Below are positions 20,263 through 29,342 of a DNA stretch of 64,000 nucleotides, piece by piece. Location: NCBI GenBank assembly GCA_040904565.1, contig JBBDTI010000030.1, positions 52,976 through 116,975 on the forward strand. Direction: 5' to 3'. This stretch comes from Rhodothermales bacterium. GTDB taxonomy: Bacteria > Bacteroidota > Rhodothermia > Rhodothermales > VXPQ01. The notes beneath the pieces were generated by a model. That model was not told where the DNA came from, did no database searches, and saw nothing but the letters and a program-made list of their open reading frames with translations. The translations under genes were made by a program, and so were the position numbers. Numbering within the stretch: position 1 is the first letter of the stretch; each line of letters starts with the position of its first letter.

Positions 20263-21174
20263 GTGGATGTTCATCAACAACGTATAAAACGAATGCTCCC
20301 TGACTTTGTCATTGTCGGTGCCGCACGATCCGGCACGACGTCCCTGTACCGCTACTGCGCGGAGCATCCAGAGATTTTCATGAGCGGCGTGAAGGAGACC
20401 AATTTCTTCTCGTCGAACCCGTTTGAATTTACCCGGGCGACCTACGAGCGCTTGTTCGAAACGGCAAATGGAGCGTGTGCCGTCGGAGAAGCTTCGCCGT
20501 CGTATCTGTACGATGCCGTCGCTCCGGCAGCCATCAAGCAAGCTATTCCGGAGTGCCGAATCGTCATCATTCTTCGCGACCCGGGCGAACGACTCATCTC
20601 GGATTTCTACTACAGTCAGGGCTGGGGCAGCAATCTCGACGTCGATTTCACGACGTTTCTGACCGCATGCATTGAGCGTGAAGGAGCAGGCCGGCAGGGT
20701 TTCGTGCCTGCACTCATGGCAGAAAAAGGGATGTACGCGGAGCAGGTGCAGCGATACCTGGACGTCTTTTCCGAACGTCGCATGTTTATTCGGCTCTTTG
20801 ACGACTTACAGGAGAACCCCCGCAAGGTTGTAGCTGAGCTCTACGAATTCCTGGGAGTCGATTCGTCCTTCGAGCCGGAGCTGGAGCAGGTCCATAATGC
20901 CAATTCGGAGCCGGTTTTCCCGCTGCTGTCACGCCTGATAAAGCGCGCCGGGCGGCTCGAAACCCTTCTTGTCGATCCCCTCGTCCCCAGCACGATGAAA
21001 GGCCGCGTCACCAACCTCATGCTCGATTTGAATCGACGGCGAAGAGGAAAGGAGAGCGTGCGCCGATCGATTACGCCGGAAGACAGGGCGAGGCTCGCCC
21101 AGTTATACCACGTCCAGACGCATGCCCTGGAACGGCTGATCGACAGGGACTTGAGCCACTGGCTGCGATGCTGA
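20263..21174 (+). CDS. Sulfotransferase (heparan-sulfate-ST-like, Sulfotransfer_1/3); start probably 20293
   Basis: PDFVIVGAARSGTTSLY, KETNFF, GEASPSYL, LRDPGERLIS. Confidence 0.88.
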   Translation: MDVHQQRIKRMLPDFVIVGAARSGTTSLYRYCAEHPEIFMSGVKETNFFSSNPFEFTRATYERLFETANGACAVGEASPSYLYDAVAPAAIKQAIPECRIVIILRDPGERLISDFYYSQGWGSNLDVDFTTFLTACIEREGAGRQGFVPALMAEKGMYAEQVQRYLDVFSERRMFIRLFDDLQENPRKVVAELYEFLGVDSSFEPELEQVHNANSEPVFPLLSRLIKRAGRLETLLVDPLVPSTMKGRVTNLMLDLNRRRRGKESVRRSITPEDRARLAQLYHVQTHALERLIDRDLSHWLRC

Positions 21175-21292
21175 GAGGCGTGACCTTCATCAAACCGACC
21201 ACCACTTTCCGGAATCCGGTCCGCCTGCGACGATTTCATACTGACAACGACGACTTCAAAACAACCGTCATGACGACCGGCCCGCTTATATA

Positions 21293-22681
21293 ATGATAGG
21301 AAACGGGGGAATATCACTTCGAACGCGTCTTGAGTCGGTGATCGGCCAGGAGCTCGTAATCGGGCTAGTGGCGATCGGCGCGGCTGGAGGAGCGATCCTC
21401 TATGGGGGCGAAGAGGGCCTCGCCGCACTCTATCTTGTAGCTCTCACGATCGGTGGAGGCCTGATAGCCTACCGTTTTCCGACGTCGACCCTTATGGCGT
21501 GGGCGGTTCTCTCGCTGTACTGGCGTCAGCTGATGGACGCCGTCGACATCGCAGGCGGCATCGATGCTCGACCGACCGATCCGATTCTTCTCGCCATGGC
21601 CGTCGCTCTGGTCTACGCCTTCATGCAGGGTGATCGACGAACCCAGTACGTGTTCACCGGTCCCTGTATCATGTGGGTCGCGTTCTTCGCTTGGGTCGGA
21701 CTGCAGGTCGGAATGTCTTCACCCAGGTACGGGCTCGTGAGTGCGCTCGGCGAGTTCCGATTGTCGTTCCAGCCATTGCTGGTCCTGCCGTTCATTGTCG
21801 CATTCGTACGAACAAAGGAGCAGCAGCGGCGGCTTTTCATAGGGTTGGTATGGCTGTCGGTTGTTTTTGTCTCGGTCGCGATTGTAAACGGCCTCTTTTT
21901 CCACGACGGTACCGGATCGAAAGGAACCCGATGGATGGTGGCTCACGTCAATCTTGCCCTCGCTCTGGTCATCGGGGCGTGGTATACGGCCCGGCGAACG
22001 GGTTTCTGGACGGGAGCATCCAACGCCTACGGCGTCCTGCTGCTCGCCGGCCTGGCGCTAATCGTATTTTGCGCGCATAGGTCGGTCTGGGCCGCGACCG
22101 TAACGATCATCTTCTGCCTATCGGTATTCGGGCTCATCTCCGCAAAGGATTGCTTCAAGCTGGCAGGGGGACTTTTGCTGGCCGCCTTCACCATCGACAT
22201 CCTCGCGGCCGACCTCAATCTTATCGACTTCGTGCGTGAACGGATGACGGCGTTCACGTCATACACCGAGGATGCGACCGCCAGCTGGCGAGCACAAGTC
22301 TGGGCCGCTGCGATTGAACAGGTCAAAGCGAATCCCGTCTCCGGCAAGGGCCTTGGAAACTATTTCTACTTTCAACTCGACGACACACGCGTCGTGACGA
22401 CGATCCCGCACAACGTGTACGTGCAGCTCAGCCTACAGGTCGGCCTGGTCGGACTCTGTCTGTACCTGGCGATGGTTGGGCATATGTTTCAGGTGCTTCG
22501 CCGCGCTTACCGGCGCGCCGGCGACATTCATTCGCTCTCCCTCACCATGTATGGAATGATCGCGTTGCTCGGAGGGTCGGTGTTTTACTTCGCATACGGT
22601 TTTGAGCCGTTCACATGGCTGTTCGTAGGCGCCGGAATGGCGGCAGCACTCACACAGTCGACTTCATTCCCAAGAGACTAA
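21293..22681 (+). CDS. O-antigen ligase / Wzy_C family membrane protein
   Basis: Many TM helices; HRSVW, WRAQVW...NPVSGKGLGN, PHNVYVQ...GLVGL. Confidence 0.85.
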   Translation: MIGNGGISLRTRLESVIGQELVIGLVAIGAAGGAILYGGEEGLAALYLVALTIGGGLIAYRFPTSTLMAWAVLSLYWRQLMDAVDIAGGIDARPTDPILLAMAVALVYAFMQGDRRTQYVFTGPCIMWVAFFAWVGLQVGMSSPRYGLVSALGEFRLSFQPLLVLPFIVAFVRTKEQQRRLFIGLVWLSVVFVSVAIVNGLFFHDGTGSKGTRWMVAHVNLALALVIGAWYTARRTGFWTGASNAYGVLLLAGLALIVFCAHRSVWAATVTIIFCLSVFGLISAKDCFKLAGGLLLAAFTIDILAADLNLIDFVRERMTAFTSYTEDATASWRAQVWAAAIEQVKANPVSGKGLGNYFYFQLDDTRVVTTIPHNVYVQLSLQVGLVGLCLYLAMVGHMFQVLRRAYRRAGDIHSLSLTMYGMIALLGGSVFYFAYGFEPFTWLFVGAGMAAALTQSTSFPRD

Positions 22682-23542
22682 ATGCAGATGCTTTCCGTAC
22701 TACGGCGCATGCGTTGGATCGGCCGCGTTGATGCGAGTCTGGAGACGCCGATATATATCTGTTGCTACCATAAGGTGGGCACCAAGCTCCTTCGCAAGGT
22801 GTTCAAGCGCATCAGTAGAGACTTCGGTTGGAAGTTCGGTGCCATTTCGGGCCAGTGCACGCACATACCGCCTGAATATGACGTCATTATGTTCCCACAC
22901 TCTCTCGTCGACCTTGATTCCGTTGAACGGCACTTTACTGCCATCCATCTCGTGAGAGACCCGAGAGACGTCATCGTTTCCGGATATCTCTATCATAAGC
23001 GCTGTAATGAACCCTGGTGTAGGAATACCGACTTTGACTGGAGTGATCCGCTCAATTATCCGATCGTACCACGGTCGCAGGACCACCGTCCACTCGAATG
23101 GAAGAAGAACTACTTGAATTCGCTGAACGGCCGTTCCTATCAGGAAAACCTCAGGAGTCTTGCTCAGGAAGACGGCCTGCTTTTCGAGATGGATCACTAC
23201 GCATCCTGGACGATTCGTCAGATGGAATCCTGGGACTACTCGCGGCCGGATACGCTCGAGTTGAAGTTCGAGGACATCATGACGGATTTTGAGGCGTCGT
23301 TCGCATCGATGTTTGCGCACGTCGGCTTTAATAAGATACAAACGGACTTCGCGTCGTCCGTTGCGATTACAGAGGACATTAGCCGAATGACGGACAAGGA
23401 GATCATGATGAACAATCATATCTCTGCTCGAAGCACGTCAAAATGGAGTCGGTACTTTACGCCGAAACTCAAGGACGAATTTAAGGCCCGGTTTCCGGAC
23501 ACGCTGCAGCGCCTCGGATATGAGACGTCGACCGACTGGTGA
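22682..23542 (+). CDS. Sulfotransferase domain protein
   Basis: YHKVGT, LVRDPRDVIVSGYLYH, LKFEDI, KW..YFT, LQRLGY. Confidence 0.8.
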   Translation: MQMLSVLRRMRWIGRVDASLETPIYICCYHKVGTKLLRKVFKRISRDFGWKFGAISGQCTHIPPEYDVIMFPHSLVDLDSVERHFTAIHLVRDPRDVIVSGYLYHKRCNEPWCRNTDFDWSDPLNYPIVPRSQDHRPLEWKKNYLNSLNGRSYQENLRSLAQEDGLLFEMDHYASWTIRQMESWDYSRPDTLELKFEDIMTDFEASFASMFAHVGFNKIQTDFASSVAITEDISRMTDKEIMMNNHISARSTSKWSRYFTPKLKDEFKARFPDTLQRLGYETSTDW

Positions 23543-23551
23543 GCTGCCGCT

Positions 23552-23585
23552 TGAACCGCCCCGGGCACATGGACGCAGGCTCCAG
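23552..23585 (+). mobile_element. Possible isolated IS3-family (IS51/IS6110-like) terminal inverted-repeat relic
   Basis: TGAACCGCCCCGGG, identical over 14 bp to 35098-35111 and similar to the IS6110 end as I recall it; no transposase follows. Confidence 0.3.
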
Positions 23586-23721
23586 CTTTTCGGGACCGTA
23601 AGCGGCTCTTCGAGACTGCTTCGCACGTCCGTCGGAATGGCTTTCTCCTGGGGCCATCCTCGATCCGAAACCATAGATCGAGCACAATACGTCGGGGAGA
23701 TGGGTTATCGGGAGATATACG

Positions 23722-24561
23722 TCAAGGGCCTGCCAACTTCTCCAGATCTCCGGTCGAAATGTACCGTAGCAGTGTATCGCCATTCCAGGCGGAAGCAGCC
23801 TGCCGGCCGGTAAGAAGAAAGGGCGTATCGTCGATGGGAGGGACCCAGGAGAAACAGGATTGCATGGACAGAATCGTTCTGTTGATGCGCCGCCTCCTGG
23901 ACCGCTTTGAGAAGCAGTTGTTGGTCACCAGCATGAGTTTGGTGGCACCATCCGGTGGGGTCCCATTTACGACCGTTCGCTCCACCTGGAGATGGCCCGC
24001 GCCGATCAATCCGAGAAAATCCTCCTCCATTCGGTCTCGAACGACGTCATAGACGCGCACCGTAAGCGGGAAGACGCGGCTCCAGCGAGTGACGAGCTGA
24101 TCATAGGCGAGACGCGGGCGAACAATCGCCGCGAACTCCGCAGGTGCGCCGCTTACCTTGCCTGTTTTGATGTGCTGGCGGTAGGAGGATCCGAGAAAAC
24201 CGACCGGTCGACGAAGATACAGAATAACCTGTACGTCCCAATCGTTCGTAGCACGTGCCAGCCGCTCAATGCCGTCGTCGGGAAGAAACCAGAATCCCTC
24301 GCAACTTATCACGGTCGTTCGAAAGTCTCGGCCTTCGTCAGCGAGCCTTGAGAAAAGGATCGGCTCCCCGGCATCTCGAATCTCTCTGAAGAGACCCCAG
24401 TGCGCGCCTCGCCGGCGCCCGGTCGTCGGGTTGAGAATGGCGACATCCTTCAGTGCTGTTGCCTGGCGAAGAAGGGCTGCCTGAATGGCTGTCGAACCAG
24501 CTTTAGACATACCCGCGTGAATGATGAGTCGCCGTGCGTGCATACCTGGATTCTCCATCAT
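23722..24561 (-). CDS. Sulfotransferase-like P-loop protein
   Basis: IIHAGMSKAGSTAIQ, VISCEGF, ILYLRRP...SSY.Q; overlaps the stop codon of the upstream giant gene. Confidence 0.65.
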   Translation of the reverse strand: MMENPGMHARRLIIHAGMSKAGSTAIQAALLRQATALKDVAILNPTTGRRRGAHWGLFREIRDAGEPILFSRLADEGRDFRTTVISCEGFWFLPDDGIERLARATNDWDVQVILYLRRPVGFLGSSYRQHIKTGKVSGAPAEFAAIVRPRLAYDQLVTRWSRVFPLTVRVYDVVRDRMEEDFLGLIGAGHLQVERTVVNGTPPDGATKLMLVTNNCFSKRSRRRRINRTILSMQSCFSWVPPIDDTPFLLTGRQAASAWNGDTLLRYISTGDLEKLAGP

Positions 24562-27500
24562 TCCAGCAGGATCATCTTTGCGACACCTACAAACGTGCCG
24601 GCCTGAATCCGATAGAGATAGAGCCCGCTGGCAAGTCCATTCGCGTCGAATGCCGCACGATGGAAGCCCGGCTCCATCCCTTCGTCTACGAGAAGTGCGA
24701 CGCGCCGCCCCAGAACGTCAAAGACTTCCAGTCGAACGTGAGCACTCTCGGGCAACGAGAATTCGATCGTCGTGCGTGGATTGAATGGATTCGGGTAGTT
24801 GCCGGAAAGCTCGAAACGATCGGGCAGCGGATCTCCCTGCAACGTCATCCCCGCCGCCTGGAGAGATGGCTCCGTCGTCGCGGCATTGGTGTCGTCCGTT
24901 TGTACGCTTTCCGCCGGGCCGTCTCCCGAGGGCGTGAAATGTGGATCGGTCGTAAGGAGGAGACGGTCGACGATCAAACCATCCTCGCGCATCCAAATCC
25001 CGACGGTATATAGACCGGTGCTGGTCACCTCTACCGTGGCCGGCGTTGACGTTCCCATGAGCAGGGTCGCCCAGGTCCACGTACTCCGCTCGTCCTTTCT
25101 CAGCTGGATTCCATGCGGAACGGGTTCGCCGTTCAAGCCGAGGTAGAATGAGTCGTCCTTCCACGTTTCGCCCCAGACACGAGTCCAGACGTAGTATGTA
25201 CCGGTCGTGGAGAATTCGATTTGATACTGCAGGTTGGGACTCAGGGTCGGATCGTTGAAGTTCGCGTCCGTATTCGGGTCGGCGATCATGGACGAGCCGA
25301 CGTTTCCACTCGCGGTATGCACGATCCAGCTATGGCTTGCCGTCTCGAAATTGCCGTGGTGGTTCTCGGCCTCTATCACGACCTGCCCGCCCGACTCCAC
25401 GAAGGCAACGCCACCTGATCCGCTGGTAACGGACACGGTATCAGACGACGTCGACGTGGCGCCGTCGTTGTCGGTCACGACCAGGGTGACGATGTACGCG
25501 CCGGCCGCGTTGTACGTGTACGACGCCGACCCTTCGGTTGTGGTGGTGTCCACCCCGGCTACCTCGCCGAAATCCCAGGCGTAGGAGACGATCGTGCCGT
25601 CGGAGTCGGTGGAAGCCGAGGCGTCGAATGTGACCGCAAGGGGGGCTTCACCCTCCTTCGGGGTTGCTGAAAAACTCGCCACCGGCACGGCATTGGTGTC
25701 GTCCGTTTGTACGCTTTCCGCCGGGCCGTCTCCCGAGGGCGTGAAATGTGGATCGGTCGTAAGGAGGAGACGGTCGACGATCAAACCATCCTCGCGCATC
25801 CAAATCCCGACGGTATATAGACCGGTGCTGGTCACCTCTACCGTGGCCGGCGTTGACGTTCCCATGAGCAGGGTCGCCCAGGTCCACGTACTCCGCTCGT
25901 CCTTTCTCAGCTGGATTCCATGCGGAACGGGTTCGCCGTTCAAGCCGAGGTAGAATGAGTCGTCCTTCCACGTTTCGCCCCAGACACGAGTCCAGACGTA
26001 GTATGTACCGGTCGTGGAGAATTCGATTTGATACTGCAGGTTGGGACTCAGGGTCGGATCGTTGAAGTTCGCGTCCGTATTCGGGTCGGCGATCATGGAC
26101 GAGCCGACGTTTCCACTCGCGGTATGCACGATCCAGCTATGGCTTGCCGTCTCGAAATTGCCGTGGTGGTTCTCGGCCTCTATCACGACCTGCCCGCCCG
26201 ACTCCACGAAGGCAACGCCACCTGATCCGCTGGTAACGGACACGGTATCAGACGACGTCGACGTGGCGCCGTCGTTGTCGGTCACGACCAGGGTGACGAT
26301 GTACGCGCCGGCCGCGTTGTACGTGTACGACGCCGACCCTTCGGTTGTGGTGGTGTCCACCCCGGCTACCTCGCCGAAATCCCAGGCGTAGGAGACGATC
26401 GTGCCGTCGGAGTCGATGGAAGCCGAGGCGTCGAATGTGACCGCAAGGGGGGCTTCGCCTTCCTGCGGCGTAGCTGAAAAACTCGCCACCGGCGCGGTGT
26501 TTATTAAGCCCGCCGGAACCCCCATGAACGTCTGTGCGGCGTTTGCACCGCCCGAATAATACATGATGTCGTTTATGACGCCGGCAATACCTGACCGGCG
26601 CTTCACGGGAAGTGGCGTCATCGATGTCCACGAATTTGTCGCGGGATCGTACACGTCCACATTGGCGAGCGCGATCCCGTGCTTTCTCTCTCCACCGAGT
26701 GAGATAATGCGGCCGTCCAATATGGCAGCGGCATGATGGCTTCGCGCCAGCGGTAAATCTGCGACGGGCGCCCACGTGTCGCTTTCGGCGTTGTATGCGT
26801 GAACGGAGGTCTGCGTCACCAGATTGTCGTCGTGTTTGTGCTGCCCGCCAATGGCGAAGATGCTGCTTCCCAGCACGGCCGAGGCCATATGATGGCGCGC
26901 GTTCGGCAGTGAGGCGGCTATCGTCCACCCGCCCGGCGTATTCGCGAGATCCAGGACGAAGTGGTCTGCCACGTCTATTGTTCGTTCGATGTTGGTGCCG
27001 CCGAAATAGTGCAGCTTGCCATCGAAGTACTCAAGCCCGCCGCCGGCTCGTTCCACAGGGAGCTCTGGCAGAGGCGAATACGTGTTAGTAGCCAGGTTGT
27101 AGCCGAAAACTTCCCGCGTCCCGAAGATCTGAGCGGTGCCGGTCGCATCGGCAATGTAGCCGCCGGCGATGTAGATGTTCGTTCCATCTGTCGTCACGCC
27201 GTGGTGCGTAGCACCGCCACCGTTTGCGTGGGGCAGGTCGGCGATCGCGGTCCACGTATTGGCTCCCGGATCGTACACGTAGGACCGTTTGGTCGGTGTA
27301 CAACAGCTTTTCTGGCTGTCGAATCCGCCGAAAGAGTAGAGCTTGCCCCCGACGACCGCGCCCTGGCCTTCTGCGTTCTTCACAGGCTGCGGGCTAACCT
27401 GGCTCCAGGTGGCCTCCGACAGGTCGGACGTAGCGCCGGCCTGGCCTACTGTTATCGTTTTGGACGAGGATTTCCAGGCGCCCTCATCGTCCTGGAGCGT

Positions 27501-29243
27501 AAGGGTGACGGCATAGGCGCCGGGGGACGAATAGGTGTGTGAAGTGATAACTCCGGTACCTGCCGTTCCATCTCCGAAGTTCCATGAATAGCTGCTGATA
27601 GCACCGTCATCCGTCGAAGCCGACGCATCGAAGCTGACGTCGAGCGGTGCATACCCGGACATCGGCGTGGCCGAGAAGCTTGCGACGGGAAGCATGTTGT
27701 CTGTCGCGATCACCTCGATGGCCGAGATCATGGGGAAATCGACGGCGGCGAGAAAGTCCAGATTCAGGATGCCGTCGGCGATGCCGACCTGGAATTCTTT
27801 GATAAGGGCCGTAACGGGAGGGACTTCGGCAGTAATGTCGAAGTTCTCGAGGACTTTCATGCCCTCGAGCCATACGTCGAAGACGCGCTTTCCCTCCCCT
27901 CCCTCGGAGCCGGAACAGTTTCCGTGAGCGATTTCGGCAAAATGGAGACGGATGTTATAGACGCCGGCGATCGCGGGAATGGCATAGTGAAATGGGTTTC
28001 CGTCGGAATATTCCGTTCGGTACAGCTCGTCGTCCTCCGTACCGGCAATGTCGCCAAGGTCGCATTTCGGGGTGTAGCTTCCTCCTCCTGAAGAGTAGAT
28101 GTCGGCCAGATAGGTTACGTCGCTCGTCGTTACCAGAGGCCCACCGGCGTTGATCCGGATATCCTGTAGTCCGGCAACGGGTGATGACGGCGTTACGTTG
28201 GACACGAGATAGACGTTATCCTGATAGTCGTAATTGATGCCGGCGAAGTCCATCGCCATGATGTACGTATTGGGCATGACGGTGCCCTGCCGATCCTTTG
28301 CGGGCCAGAATCGAACGTGCTGACCGCAGGTGTCGAGTCCCCCGCTGCAGTCATCATTCGACGAGTCATTCCTGGCGGGGTCGGACCACTCGTTGCTTTG
28401 TATCCGGAATCCGAATACGCCGTCGGCTTCTACGGCCGATGGCATAAAGCTGCCTTCGGCGGGAAGCGCCGAATTAATTCTCCGCGGAAGAATCGTTTGC
28501 GAATCCTCGGCCTCTTGGCGGAAGATCATGTTGGCCGAAAAGCTTCCCTTTGCATGCCAGAAGATGCGATGCGCCTCCGGATACGTATGCCAGGCCGCCA
28601 CCTGTCGGACCTTAACCGGCTGCGCAACGTCTGCCTGCCGCCAGTAGGCAGAGATGATTTCGTCTCCAGTGGCAGTAATCTTTCCCCTCGTGTTGAGGTC
28701 CTGTTCGTCACCCACGAGTGTGGTCGTATAACCAAGTACTTCGATGATCTGTTGAAACGTTGGTTCTTTATCTCCTTCTGAAACGTTTTGCCAGTATCCG
28801 CCAAGACTGATGTCGAGGTTGGGATTGACAGGGTCGTCTGAAGAGATCGTCAGCATCGCCGCGTGAACGCGACGCGCTGATTCGGTAATGAATCGAATCG
28901 TGAGATCGACGGACGAGCCGGGAGCAATAGACAGTGGAAGCTGCGGCGGATTTTCGATGGACCAGCGCGAACGGTCGGGTCCGTTAAGCGTCAAATCTGT
29001 GACCGAGAGCGCGGCCGTGCCCGCATTCGCAACGCGCAGAATGACACGCTCATGAACTCCGTTGGGCGGTGGCGCGCTGAGAGACCCGATTCGGCTAAAG
29101 GCAAGGCGGTCAGGAAATGGGGCGCCGTCGAGATTCGCTACCTCGATGCTCTGTGCCGTCACGCTCGAGGCACTCAGTACAGCGACAGCGAAGATGGAGA
29201 AGAGTAGGTGGAGCGTATATTGCGGTCCGATGTGCTGCGAAAT
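24558..29243 (-). CDS. Giant T9SS protein: Ig-like (choice-of-anchor-D-like) + conserved domain + malectin + PKD + Kelch + 2x(PKD + beta-sandwich) + CTD
   Basis: Malectin (RINAGG...LHFAEI...RVFDV), PKD (FDASAS.D.DG.I.SY.WDFG), Kelch repeats and NYPNPF CTD; the frame stays open upstream of GTG 29162 through a signal peptide to ATT 29243. Confidence 0.85.
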   Translation of the reverse strand: MSQHIGPQYTLHLLFSIFAVAVLSASSVTAQSIEVANLDGAPFPDRLAFSRIGSLSAPPPNGVHERVILRVANAGTAALSVTDLTLNGPDRSRWSIENPPQLPLSIAPGSSVDLTIRFITESARRVHAAMLTISSDDPVNPNLDISLGGYWQNVSEGDKEPTFQQIIEVLGYTTTLVGDEQDLNTRGKITATGDEIISAYWRQADVAQPVKVRQVAAWHTYPEAHRIFWHAKGSFSANMIFRQEAEDSQTILPRRINSALPAEGSFMPSAVEADGVFGFRIQSNEWSDPARNDSSNDDCSGGLDTCGQHVRFWPAKDRQGTVMPNTYIMAMDFAGINYDYQDNVYLVSNVTPSSPVAGLQDIRINAGGPLVTTSDVTYLADIYSSGGGSYTPKCDLGDIAGTEDDELYRTEYSDGNPFHYAIPAIAGVYNIRLHFAEIAHGNCSGSEGGEGKRVFDVWLEGMKVLENFDITAEVPPVTALIKEFQVGIADGILNLDFLAAVDFPMISAIEVIATDNMLPVASFSATPMSGYAPLDVSFDASASTDDGAISSYSWNFGDGTAGTGVITSHTYSSPGAYAVTLTLQDDEGAWKSSSKTITVGQAGATSDLSEATWSQVSPQPVKNAEGQGAVVGGKLYSFGGFDSQKSCCTPTKRSYVYDPGANTWTAIADLPHANGGGATHHGVTTDGTNIYIAGGYIADATGTAQIFGTREVFGYNLATNTYSPLPELPVERAGGGLEYFDGKLHYFGGTNIERTIDVADHFVLDLANTPGGWTIAASLPNARHHMASAVLGSSIFAIGGQHKHDDNLVTQTSVHAYNAESDTWAPVADLPLARSHHAAAILDGRIISLGGERKHGIALANVDVYDPATNSWTSMTPLPVKRRSGIAGVINDIMYYSGGANAAQTFMGVPAGLINTAPVASFSATPQEGEAPLAVTFDASASIDSDGTIVSYAWDFGEVAGVDTTTTEGSASYTYNAAGAYIVTLVVTDNDGATSTSSDTVSVTSGSGGVAFVESGGQVVIEAENHHGNFETASHSWIVHTASGNVGSSMIADPNTDANFNDPTLSPNLQYQIEFSTTGTYYVWTRVWGETWKDDSFYLGLNGEPVPHGIQLRKDERSTWTWATLLMGTSTPATVEVTSTGLYTVGIWMREDGLIVDRLLLTTDPHFTPSGDGPAESVQTDDTNAVPVASFSATPKEGEAPLAVTFDASASTDSDGTIVSYAWDFGEVAGVDTTTTEGSASYTYNAAGAYIVTLVVTDNDGATSTSSDTVSVTSGSGGVAFVESGGQVVIEAENHHGNFETASHSWIVHTASGNVGSSMIADPNTDANFNDPTLSPNLQYQIEFSTTGTYYVWTRVWGETWKDDSFYLGLNGEPVPHGIQLRKDERSTWTWATLLMGTSTPATVEVTSTGLYTVGIWMREDGLIVDRLLLTTDPHFTPSGDGPAESVQTDDTNAATTEPSLQAAGMTLQGDPLPDRFELSGNYPNPFNPRTTIEFSLPESAHVRLEVFDVLGRRVALLVDEGMEPGFHRAAFDANGLASGLYLYRIQAGTFVGVAKMILLE
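24881..26494. repeat. Intragenic tandem duplication, 807-bp period
   Basis: 24881-25608 appears identical to 25688-26415; a few mismatches follow. Confidence 0.95.
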
Positions 29244-29251
29244 AGTAAGCG

Positions 29252-29258
29252 CCTCCTT
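29252..29258 (-). promoter_or_regulatory. Shine-Dalgarno AAGGAGG, 8 nt upstream of an in-frame ATT
   Basis: CCTCCTT on the + strand at 29252-29258; AAT at 29241-29243. Confidence 0.6.
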
Positions 29259-29342
29259 GCAGGTGTGGCTGGTCTAAAGGGGACTCGATCTATAAGAAGA
29301 GTCGTAACGATTCGTTGGAGATACGGAACGCAAGGCCCCGAT

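Noticed and set aside
1-26494. Diversity-generating retroelement TR/VR pairs as the cause of the long repeats
   Set aside because: The repeats are in-frame tandem domain copies without adenine-specific mismatches, and no reverse transcriptase is present.
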